This document shows positions 1 through 6,632 of a stretch of 40,952 nt of DNA, in pieces; position 1 is the first letter of the stretch; every line of letters begins with the position of its first letter. Position numbers and translations under genes: made by a program. The notes under the pieces were generated by a model. That model saw nothing but the letters and a program-made list of their open reading frames with translations, did not search any database and was not told the origin of the DNA. Origin of the DNA: Akkermansia sp. (GTDB taxonomy: Bacteria > Verrucomicrobiota > Verrucomicrobiia > Verrucomicrobiales > Akkermansiaceae); contig JAFXDR010000033.1 in NCBI GenBank assembly GCA_017521145.1, forward strand, positions 1 to 40,952, given 5' to 3'.

Positions 1-66
1 ACGAAGTGCTTCACCACTCAGTTTCAGAAGAATACGCTTATACGGAGGCTGTGTCTGTTCGCTCAT
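1..66 (-). CDS. pyrH: UMP kinase, N-terminal fragment (gene runs off the left edge)
   Basis: Manual translation of the reverse complement of 1-66 gives MSEQTQPPYKRILLKLSGEALR. YKRILLKLSGEAL is the characteristic PyrH N-terminus. Not in the ORF track because it is truncated. Confidence 0.9.
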   Translation of the reverse strand, partial: MSEQTQPPYKRILLKLSGEALR

Positions 67-234
67 GTTGCCAATATAGGTTCAGTTCCTCATAACTCTG
101 CCACTTTTAGCCCCAAAAAGCGAGTAAAAAATGTGCCAGTCTGTAAAAAAATCCCATGCTGATTTCAACATTTCCCACACCAGTGCAATCGATTTCGCCC
201 CGCTTCACTTTGTTTAAAATTATTCTAATTAATC

Positions 235-262
235 TTGATTTTCTGAACAACGCCGTTATAAT
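235..262 (+). promoter_or_regulatory. Putative sigma70 promoter of the flavodoxin-fold gene
   Basis: TTGATT (235-240), 16 bp spacer, TATAAT (257-262). Favours ATG 273 over ATG 261 as the start. Confidence 0.55.
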
Positions 263-272
263 GTTCACTAGC

Positions 273-812
273 ATGAAAAACATCCTCATCATTTCCGGTC
301 ATACCAACACCACCAGCGACTCCGTAGCCAACAAGACCATTCTGGAACAGATTGAAACCCAACTTCCGGGAAGCCAGGTGGTCTACCTCGACCGCCTGTA
401 CCCTGATTTCAAGATTGATGCCACCGCTGAGCAGGAACGCCTGCTCTGGGCGGATGTGATTGTGCTGCAATTCCCGGTTTTCTGGTTCTCCATGCCCTCG
501 CTGCTGCACCGCTGGATGGAGGAAACCTTCCTGCACGGCTTCTCGCACGGCAGCACCGGAGACAAACTGCGCGGCAAAACGCTGGTCATCTCGTACACGA
601 CCGGGGCTCCGGCTGATGCGCTGCCCTGGGAAGATTTCTTCGGCAACCTGAAAGCCAACTGCCAGTTCACCGGGATGAACTGGGGCGGCTGCATAGGCAC
701 AGGTGGTGTTTCCTACCAGATGCGCAATGACCCGCAGATGCTGGCAGAAATCACTGAAAAAGCCCGTCAGCACGCCCAGAGGCTTGTCGCGCATCTGGAG
801 CAGCTCAGCTGA
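273..812 (+). CDS. NAD(P)H-dependent oxidoreductase, flavodoxin-like fold (KefF/YwrO/MdaB-like)
   Basis: MKNILIISGH..., LYPDFKIDATAEQERLLWADVIVLQFPVFWFSMPSLLHRW and GDKLRGK are Flavodoxin_2 family motifs. Start trimmed from ORF 156..812. Confidence 0.88.
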   Translation: MKNILIISGHTNTTSDSVANKTILEQIETQLPGSQVVYLDRLYPDFKIDATAEQERLLWADVIVLQFPVFWFSMPSLLHRWMEETFLHGFSHGSTGDKLRGKTLVISYTTGAPADALPWEDFFGNLKANCQFTGMNWGGCIGTGGVSYQMRNDPQMLAEITEKARQHAQRLVAHLEQLS

Positions 813-1392
813 GCCGGGCAAATTGCAGGTGCATCCAGTCGTAGTTGCGCTCCCGCCCCAGCGAGACGGCGCCGTGTCGTTCCCATATTTCCCACCAGGC
901 AGTGCAATCCGGGTGGGAAAGTGATGCCCGGGGAGATTTGACGCGGAGCCCGTTACTGCGGGGCGCAAAATCAAGCGCAATACCCCAGGCGTGCATCGAA
1001 AGCGAATTCCCACCACCGGATGTGGGGCGGTAGTTATAACTCCCCCCGTACTGATCCAACCCGAGTCGCTGGATTTCAGCCAGGCCATAATGCTCCAGCA
1101 CCTCGCGCAACGCCTGCTGCACATGCGCGGCTATCAGCTTGTGCACCCGGATACTGCGCACGGCACGTCCTTCGAAATACAGCGGATAAGCCGGCAGAAT
1201 ACTTTCCAGCACATCTTCCCTTCCCGGTGCTCCGAACACACTGGTACCCCGGCGCACCTCTGCCTGGGTGGGCCAGGACGGGATTTCCTTGATTCCCAGC
1301 GCGGAGCTGATGGCTCGGAGCGTACGAGGGCCCATGATACCATCTGCCGGCACCCCTAATTTCTGCTGAATCAGCCTGATACTCGTCTTCAT
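805..1392 (-). CDS. M15-family Zn peptidase (endolysin-like peptidoglycan endopeptidase) with a short N-terminal PG-binding motif
   Basis: N-terminal IQQKLGVPADGIMGPRT matches the PG_binding_1 DGxxGxxT motif. YNYR...SMHAWGIALD (SxHxxGxAxD) and DWMHLQ supply the M15 Zn ligands. Confidence 0.85.
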   Translation of the reverse strand: MKTSIRLIQQKLGVPADGIMGPRTLRAISSALGIKEIPSWPTQAEVRRGTSVFGAPGREDVLESILPAYPLYFEGRAVRSIRVHKLIAAHVQQALREVLEHYGLAEIQRLGLDQYGGSYNYRPTSGGGNSLSMHAWGIALDFAPRSNGLRVKSPRASLSHPDCTAWWEIWERHGAVSLGRERNYDWMHLQFARLS

Positions 1393-1607
1393 TTGGCCGG
1401 GGCGTTGGTATGGAGTTCGATGACACCCAGCCGGCCATCCATGGCACGCAGAATTTCTACCGTCTGGGCGGCGGTGGTGGACTGGTCATGCGCCAGCTGG
1501 CGGAAATCGCTATACACAAAGCACATGAGCACAAAACCGCCGAATGTGATGATTTCGCGGGTGTACTCGCGGGTAAGGGTCAGGTAGTCACGGAATGGTT
1601 TGCACAT
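1389..1607 (-). CDS. Small single-TM membrane protein, possible holin-like protein
   Basis: 72 aa from ATG 1607. Hydrophobic stretch IITFGGFVLMCFVY followed by an amphipathic tail. The stop overlaps the M15 start (ATGA at 1389-1392), indicating translational coupling. Confidence 0.6.
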   Translation of the reverse strand: MCKPFRDYLTLTREYTREIITFGGFVLMCFVYSDFRQLAHDQSTTAAQTVEILRAMDGRLGVIELHTNAPAK

Positions 1608-1658
1608 GACTATGATATACCCCCTGCCCGTCTCCATAAGCAAGCTGGTTCAAATGAA

Positions 1659-1691
1659 CGGAACCGCTTCCCTGCATGGAAAGCGGTTCCG
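1659..1691 (-). terminator. Putative intrinsic terminator downstream of the lipoprotein gene
   Basis: Inverted repeat CGGAACCGCTT / AAGCGGTTCCG about 25 bp past the stop at 1716, followed by TTCATTTG on the minus strand. Confidence 0.6.
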
Positions 1692-1715
1692 GGTAGAAGA
1701 ATGTAACTCTTTGAT

Positions 1716-3116
1716 TTACACACCAGCAGGCATAGCAGCCGGTGCAGGAGCAGCGGCAGGAGCCGGTGCAGCCGGAGCAACAGGCGCAGGAGTGGCGGGA
1801 GCCACAGGAGCCGGAGTAGCAGGAGCAGCGGCAGGAGTCGCCGGAGCTGCGGGAGCCGGAGTAGCAGAAGCAGCGGCAGGAGCCGCCGGAGCTGCGGGAG
1901 CCGGCAGCGGATTGGTGGTGATAGGAGCATCCGGCGGGGTGTAGGTGAAGTACACCTGGCCATCCACACTGGCATGGTACTGACCACCGGGCACAATGCT
2001 GATGCCCACGGTCTTGCCGGCGTAGTTAGCGGGCGGATTCACACGGTAGCGGCGGATTTCCGGCTGTCCCTCTTTATCGGGGTCACGCACAATCACGGTA
2101 ATCGGCCCCACAATGGGAGCTACCTGTTCGCGGGGAGTCACGCGGCTTTCGCCACCGGCCATCTCACCACAGGGGAATTCCACACCGGCGGCATCGCGGG
2201 CTTCCACCAGGATGCGGCCACCAGTCGTATTGGTCACCTTCACGGAGTAATTCATCAGGCCACCAGGAGTAGTGGGCATAGGGGCAGTCGCCACGATACT
2301 GGGAGCCGTTGCGGGCGGAGCTACCGCATCACCACTGGCATAGACATTGCCATCCACGCTGGCGTGGTACTTACCACCGGGAATGATGCTGATACCCACG
2401 GTCTGGTTGGCGTACTGCGAAGGCGGATTCACCTTGAAACGGCGAATCTCAGGAGCGCCATCCTTATCGGGGTCGCGCACCACAATGGTGATGGGGCCCA
2501 CAATGGGGTTAGCCTGCTCCAGGGGAGTGGTGGCGCTGCGGCCGCCCTCCATGAAACCACAGGGGTAAATGTAACCGGAAGCATCCTGAGCCTCCACGAA
2601 AATCTTACCAGGTGTACTGTTGGTAATGCGTACGGAATAGTTCATCGGCACCCCGGGAATCACGCCCTGTGAGGGCATCATACCAGCGGCAGCACCGGGC
2701 ACCATACCCACCATGGCCTGTCCCGGCACGGCGGTCTGCCCCGGCACCACATTCTGGTGGATGTAGGTCGGAGCGGCAGTATTATTCACCGGCAGCATCG
2801 GCGTGGGAGTGTGCTGCAGAGGAGCCAGGGAACCGGCTGCTGCGGCAGCGGCATTGCCCATGGCAGCACCCATAGCGGCACCAGTCTGCGGCACGGCATT
2901 GTTGTACTGATTCACCTGGGCATCAAAAGCGGCATTCACATCATCCCCACCAACGGCCATGGCGGCCTGTCCAGGGAGCGCAAGATACTGCGCAGGACGA
3001 GCTGTCTGCGGTTTGGCTACCACACTGGCACGGTTCGTCACCACCGTATCATCAGTGGAGCTACAGGAAGCCACCACCAGGGCGGCACTAGCTACAAGAC
3101 TAAGTTTTACCTTCAT
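1716..3116 (-). CDS. Lipoprotein with two tandem ~102-aa beta-rich domains and Pro/Ala-rich linkers and tail
   Basis: MKVKLSLVASAALVVASC gives a lipobox (VAS|C). The domain MNYSV...SVDGxVY occurs twice. The C-terminus is PAAPA-rich. Start trimmed to ATG 3116. Confidence 0.8.
   Translation of the reverse strand: MKVKLSLVASAALVVASCSSTDDTVVTNRASVVAKPQTARPAQYLALPGQAAMAVGGDDVNAAFDAQVNQYNNAVPQTGAAMGAAMGNAAAAAAGSLAPLQHTPTPMLPVNNTAAPTYIHQNVVPGQTAVPGQAMVGMVPGAAAGMMPSQGVIPGVPMNYSVRITNSTPGKIFVEAQDASGYIYPCGFMEGGRSATTPLEQANPIVGPITIVVRDPDKDGAPEIRRFKVNPPSQYANQTVGISIIPGGKYHASVDGNVYASGDAVAPPATAPSIVATAPMPTTPGGLMNYSVKVTNTTGGRILVEARDAAGVEFPCGEMAGGESRVTPREQVAPIVGPITVIVRDPDKEGQPEIRRYRVNPPANYAGKTVGISIVPGGQYHASVDGQVYFTYTPPDAPITTNPLPAPAAPAAPAAASATPAPAAPATPAAAPATPAPVAPATPAPVAPAAPAPAAAPAPAAMPAGV
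1807..1904. repeat. 45-bp tandem repeat (about 2.2 copies) encoding part of the Pro/Ala tail
   Basis: GGAGCCGGAGTAGCAG(G/A)AGCAGCGGCAGGAG(T/C)CGCCGGAGCTGCG starts at 1807 and 1852, with a partial third copy at 1897. Confidence 0.8.
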
Positions 3117-3240
3117 GCTGACACAGAAAATATCACAAATGACAAAAAAAAGCAAGGATAATTATTGCCGATTCTACGGCAGGTAAAAGAACAGAGTCAG
3201 AGGAGTTGATTCCGGGAAACCGCAAGCGCCTCTGCAGGAT

Positions 3241-3792
3241 TCATTCCAAACTAATCGGGAAAAGCACATCGCGCACAATCGAAAACTCGAGAATCAGGTC
3301 ACTCAATTCATCCAGCTTTCCAGGATGCAGTTTAGAACTCTTGCGCGACTTTGTGCGGCGAGCAGGCTTCGATGGGCTTCTCGTATTGGCAAGACCGTCG
3401 TCCATATGCAGACTCCCATGCGCCTTATATAACCGCAAAAATTCCTTTTTGAGCTGCTTGACCACTTTATCGAACTGTCTTTTCTCCCTGCTGCCCAGCT
3501 GGTCATATTCAAAATCCTTTTCAGGGCAAGGATCCAGATAGGCTTCCTGCTGAGCATCCATATACAATTTTCGGACAGCCTCCATAGCAAGGTCACATGA
3601 AGCATTATTTTTCACACGCTTGATTATCTGCACAAGCTTGCGCGTGCGCTCGAGCTCGCGCTGCTTCCAGGAAGCCAGCGTCTCCTCGGCGCTGACCGTC
3701 TCCCCCGGCTGGCTGTCATCGGCATACAGAGGCTCACCCTGCATGAATACCAGCCCGGAAACCACTAAAAGAATCCGAATAATTTTCATCAT
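3241..3792 (-). CDS. Hypothetical exported, mostly helical protein
   Basis: Signal-peptide-like N-terminus (MMKIIRILLVVSGLVF...LYA|DD). Starts 9 bp after the ispA stop on the same strand. Confidence 0.65.
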   Translation of the reverse strand: MMKIIRILLVVSGLVFMQGEPLYADDSQPGETVSAEETLASWKQRELERTRKLVQIIKRVKNNASCDLAMEAVRKLYMDAQQEAYLDPCPEKDFEYDQLGSREKRQFDKVVKQLKKEFLRLYKAHGSLHMDDGLANTRSPSKPARRTKSRKSSKLHPGKLDELSDLILEFSIVRDVLFPISLE

Positions 3793-3801
3793 ACGCCGGA
3801 A

Positions 3802-4686
3802 TCAGTAATCGCGTTTCAACAGATAATCGTTAATGGCCAGCAGATTCTCCCGGCGGCGGTCGGAGAACACATCCAGCGCCGCACGTGCAGAAGCAGTCAG
3901 AGCCCGGGCCTCGGCACGGGCGTTATCCATGCCCACCAGCGCGGGATACGTAGCTTTCTGCACCTTGGCATCCTTGCCGATGCTCTTGCCCAGCACCTCC
4001 GGGGTGGAAGTCACATCCAGAATATCATCAATAATCTGGAACGCCAGCCCCAGGCTGCGGCCATATTCGGTAAGCGCATCGAGTTGCTCCCGGGTGCAGC
4101 CGGCAGCCATGCCGCCCAGCCGCACAGAAGCAATGATGAGTGCAGAAGTCTTGCCATGGTGAATGGCACGCAGCTCGTCCACCGTCAGCTCACGTCCCTC
4201 ACCCTCCAGGTCGAGCACCTGACCACCCACCAGATGCAGACTCCCGGTGCGGTAGGCAAGCTCTGCCACATAGTCGCCGGCATCGTAGCGGTCATTGGCC
4301 GGCACGCGGGCCAGCATGGCAAACGCTTCGGTCAGCAGCGCATCACCAGCCAGCACTGCAATCCCCTCCCCGAATACCTTGTGGTTGGTGGGGCGCCCGC
4401 GGCGCAGGTCATCATTGTCCATGCAGGGCAGATCATCGTGAATCAGGGTGTAAGTGTGCAGCGCTTCGAGGGCGCAGGCTGCGTCCAGGGCAGCTTCCTC
4501 GCTGCCTCCACAGGCCTTGGCAGCCTCCAGGCACAGCAGCGGGCGAATGCGCTTACCACCGGCAAAGATGCTGTAGCGCATGGCCTTGTGGATAGTGGTG
4601 GGAGCAATGTCTTCACCAGGCAGCAGCTCATTGAGGCGCTGCTCCACCTTAGCCGCAGATTCGGCGATGAGAGTCTTGATATCCAT
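3802..4686 (-). CDS. ispA: Polyprenyl (farnesyl/geranylgeranyl) diphosphate synthase
   Basis: GGKRIRP, LIHDDLPCMDNDDLRRGRPT (FARM), AFQIIDDILD (SARM), GKD and KATYP. Confidence 0.93.
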   Translation of the reverse strand: MDIKTLIAESAAKVEQRLNELLPGEDIAPTTIHKAMRYSIFAGGKRIRPLLCLEAAKACGGSEEAALDAACALEALHTYTLIHDDLPCMDNDDLRRGRPTNHKVFGEGIAVLAGDALLTEAFAMLARVPANDRYDAGDYVAELAYRTGSLHLVGGQVLDLEGEGRELTVDELRAIHHGKTSALIIASVRLGGMAAGCTREQLDALTEYGRSLGLAFQIIDDILDVTSTPEVLGKSIGKDAKVQKATYPALVGMDNARAEARALTASARAALDVFSDRRRENLLAINDYLLKRDY

Positions 4687-4701
4687 GGCAGGAAAATCGG
4701 C

Positions 4702-5718
4702 TTATTTGCCCTTAACGAGCAGCTCGGCAATCTGCACTGCATTCAGCGCAGCTCCCTTGCGCACCTGGTCGCCCACCACCCAGAGGTTCAGGGCGTTATC
4801 AATGGCGATATCCTTGCGGATGCGCCCCACGTAACAGGTATCACCATTGGTGGAATCAAGCGGTGTGGGCCACACGTTGTTGGCCACATCGTCCATGAGC
4901 TCCACGCCGGGCATGCCATTGTAGCAGCCACGGGCACCTTCTACATCCACCGGTTTCTCGAACTGGGCAATGCAGGAAATAGAGTGGCTGCGGTAAACCG
5001 GCACGCGCACGCAGGTGCAGGTCACATTCAGCTCCGGCAGGTTCATAATCTTGCGTCCCTCGTTAAGCATCTTAAGCTCCTCCTTCGTGTAGCCGTTATC
5101 GGCAAACTTATCAATCTGGGGCAGCACATTGAAGGCAATCTGGCGGGGATAAGTCTTGATTTCCACCGGGTGTCCGTCCACAATGGCGCGCACCTGGTTT
5201 TCCAGCTCGGTGATACCATGCTGACCGCTGCCGGAAACTGCCTGGTAGCTGCTGGCCACAATGGTCTTGAGACCATACTTGAGGTGCAGCGGGTAAAGAG
5301 CCATCAGGGTGATGATGGTGGTGCAGTTCGGGTTAGCAATAATGTTGCGCGGGTGGTCAAAAGCGGCATCGCCATTGATTTCGGGCACCACCAGGGGCAC
5401 ATCCGGATCCTGACGGAAAGCGGAGGAATTATCCACCACCACACAACCGGCAGCCCCGGCAATGGGGGCATACTCACGGGAGATATCGCCACCGGCGGCA
5501 AAGAGCGCAATGTCTACATCGCCGAAGGAATCAGCCGTAAGTTCCTGCACGGTGAGCATCTCACCACGGAAAGCAACCTGTTTACCAGCAGAACGATGAG
5601 ATGCCAGAAGTTTGAGCGAGGCCAGCGGGAAGTTGCGGGTCTCAAGGCAGGAAAGAATCTCGACGCCCACCGCTCCGGTGGCGCCCACGATAGCTACTCT
5701 GGGGGTATTCATGTTCAT
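4702..5718 (-). CDS. asd: Aspartate-semialdehyde dehydrogenase
   Basis: VAIVGATGAVG, VVDNSSAFR, catalytic ANPNCTT, YQAVSGSG, CVRVPV and DQVRKGAALNAVQIAE. Start is ATG 5718 or 5712. Confidence 0.96.
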   Translation of the reverse strand: MNMNTPRVAIVGATGAVGVEILSCLETRNFPLASLKLLASHRSAGKQVAFRGEMLTVQELTADSFGDVDIALFAAGGDISREYAPIAGAAGCVVVDNSSAFRQDPDVPLVVPEINGDAAFDHPRNIIANPNCTTIITLMALYPLHLKYGLKTIVASSYQAVSGSGQHGITELENQVRAIVDGHPVEIKTYPRQIAFNVLPQIDKFADNGYTKEELKMLNEGRKIMNLPELNVTCTCVRVPVYRSHSISCIAQFEKPVDVEGARGCYNGMPGVELMDDVANNVWPTPLDSTNGDTCYVGRIRKDIAIDNALNLWVVGDQVRKGAALNAVQIAELLVKGK

Positions 5719-5765
5719 GAATGGTGTATTGACAGGATGATTTGATGTGCCCACGGCACGCGGGT

Positions 5766-5794
5766 AGTATAACCCGATTCTGCTCAGGGAGCAA
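5766..5794 (-). promoter_or_regulatory. Putative sigma70 promoter of the asd-ispA operon
   Basis: TTGCTC, 17 bp spacer, TATACT on the minus strand. Confidence 0.55.
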
Positions 5795-5801
5795 GCAAAA
5801 T

Positions 5802-5900
5802 GAATTACGAGGTAGGAGGTACGAAGCAAATAATTGCGGGCGAACGCCCGCGGAACTTTACACTTCGTACTTCGGACTTCGGACTTCGTACTTTAAATTC
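5802..5900. repeat. Palindromic intergenic element made of inverted heptamer arrays around a GC hairpin
   Basis: Left arm GAATTACGAGGTAGGAGGTACGAAG, central GCGGGCG-AA-CGCCCGC, right arm ACTTCGT ACTTCGG ACTTCGG ACTTCGT ACTTTAAATTC. Confidence 0.7.
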
Positions 5901-5908
5901 TGTTTTTC

Positions 5909-6523
5909 TCAGCGGATAAAGTGCGTCCAGGCACGGGGCTCGCTCAGCTGCGGGTGTGCCGGGCCTGCAGCCACGCACTGCATCATCCAGGCCATGTTCT
6001 GCCCCAAGTGGCGCAGGGTCTGGGCTCCTTCGGCATCCATCTGCACCTCCCCCGGGCGCATGCCGTATATCATATTCCAGTAAAATGAACTGATGAGCGG
6101 CTGGTTGTTGTAGGTAATATACTTATTCAGGCGGTCAAGGGTCGTGCTGGCGCCCCCGCGGCGGGCCACGGCAATAGTGGCGCCCGGTTTATACGCCAGC
6201 TTAGAACCCGCAGAATAATACAGGCGGTCGAGCAGCGCGCAAAGGGAACCATTCGGCCCGGCAAAATAAGTGGGACTGCCAATCACAATGCCATCAATGC
6301 TGTCCAGCTGGTCGTAGATGTGGTTATAGAGCTTATCCTTCATCCCGCAACGCCCGGTCTTGAGGCACTGGCGGCAGCCGATACACCCCTGCACCGCAGT
6401 GGCACCAATCTGCACAATCTCTGTTTCCACCCCGGCCGCATTCATGGCCTCTGCCACCATGCTCAGAGCCTGAAAGGTGTTGCCATTCGCATTCGGACTA
6501 CCATTGATCAGAAGAGCTTTCAT
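5909..6523 (-). CDS. Flavodoxin-family / iron-sulfur flavoprotein (Isf/WrbA-like)
   Basis: MKALLINGSPNANGNT, Cys motif CIGCRQCLKTGRC, and GIVIGSPTYF. Start trimmed to ATG 6523. Confidence 0.88.
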   Translation of the reverse strand: MKALLINGSPNANGNTFQALSMVAEAMNAAGVETEIVQIGATAVQGCIGCRQCLKTGRCGMKDKLYNHIYDQLDSIDGIVIGSPTYFAGPNGSLCALLDRLYYSAGSKLAYKPGATIAVARRGGASTTLDRLNKYITYNNQPLISSFYWNMIYGMRPGEVQMDAEGAQTLRHLGQNMAWMMQCVAAGPAHPQLSEPRAWTHFIR

Positions 6524-6530
6524 GGCTTGT

Positions 6531-6559
6531 AGTCTAGCAGTACTGCGACTTAAGCTCAA
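6531..6559 (-). promoter_or_regulatory. Putative sigma70 promoter, leaderless geometry
   Basis: TTGAGC, 17 bp spacer, TAGACT, then 7 nt to ATG 6523. Confidence 0.55.
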
Positions 6560-6587
6560 GGAAATAATGCGAAGACAGAACGGAAGA

Positions 6588-6617
6588 TTGACCGCGCAGG
6601 CGCGCGTGTGATATTCT
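6588..6617 (+). promoter_or_regulatory. Putative ligA promoter
   Basis: TTGACC, 18 bp spacer, TATTCT. Confidence 0.45.
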
Positions 6618-6632
6618 TGAGAAGCAATCGTT

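Noticed and set aside
1600-1996. Gly/Ala-rich (1600-1944, +) and Leu/Arg-rich (1610-1996, -) ORFs
   Set aside because: Alternative frames of the Pro/Ala repeat tail of the lipoprotein gene.
805-3792. Possible prophage around the lysis-like genes
   Set aside because: No integrase, terminase, structural or replication genes and no att-like repeats were seen. The flanking genes are housekeeping.
4084-5745. 553-aa plus-strand ORF opposite ispA and asd
   Set aside because: Antisense shadow of two well-supported genes, produced by GC-biased codon usage. No recognisable motifs.
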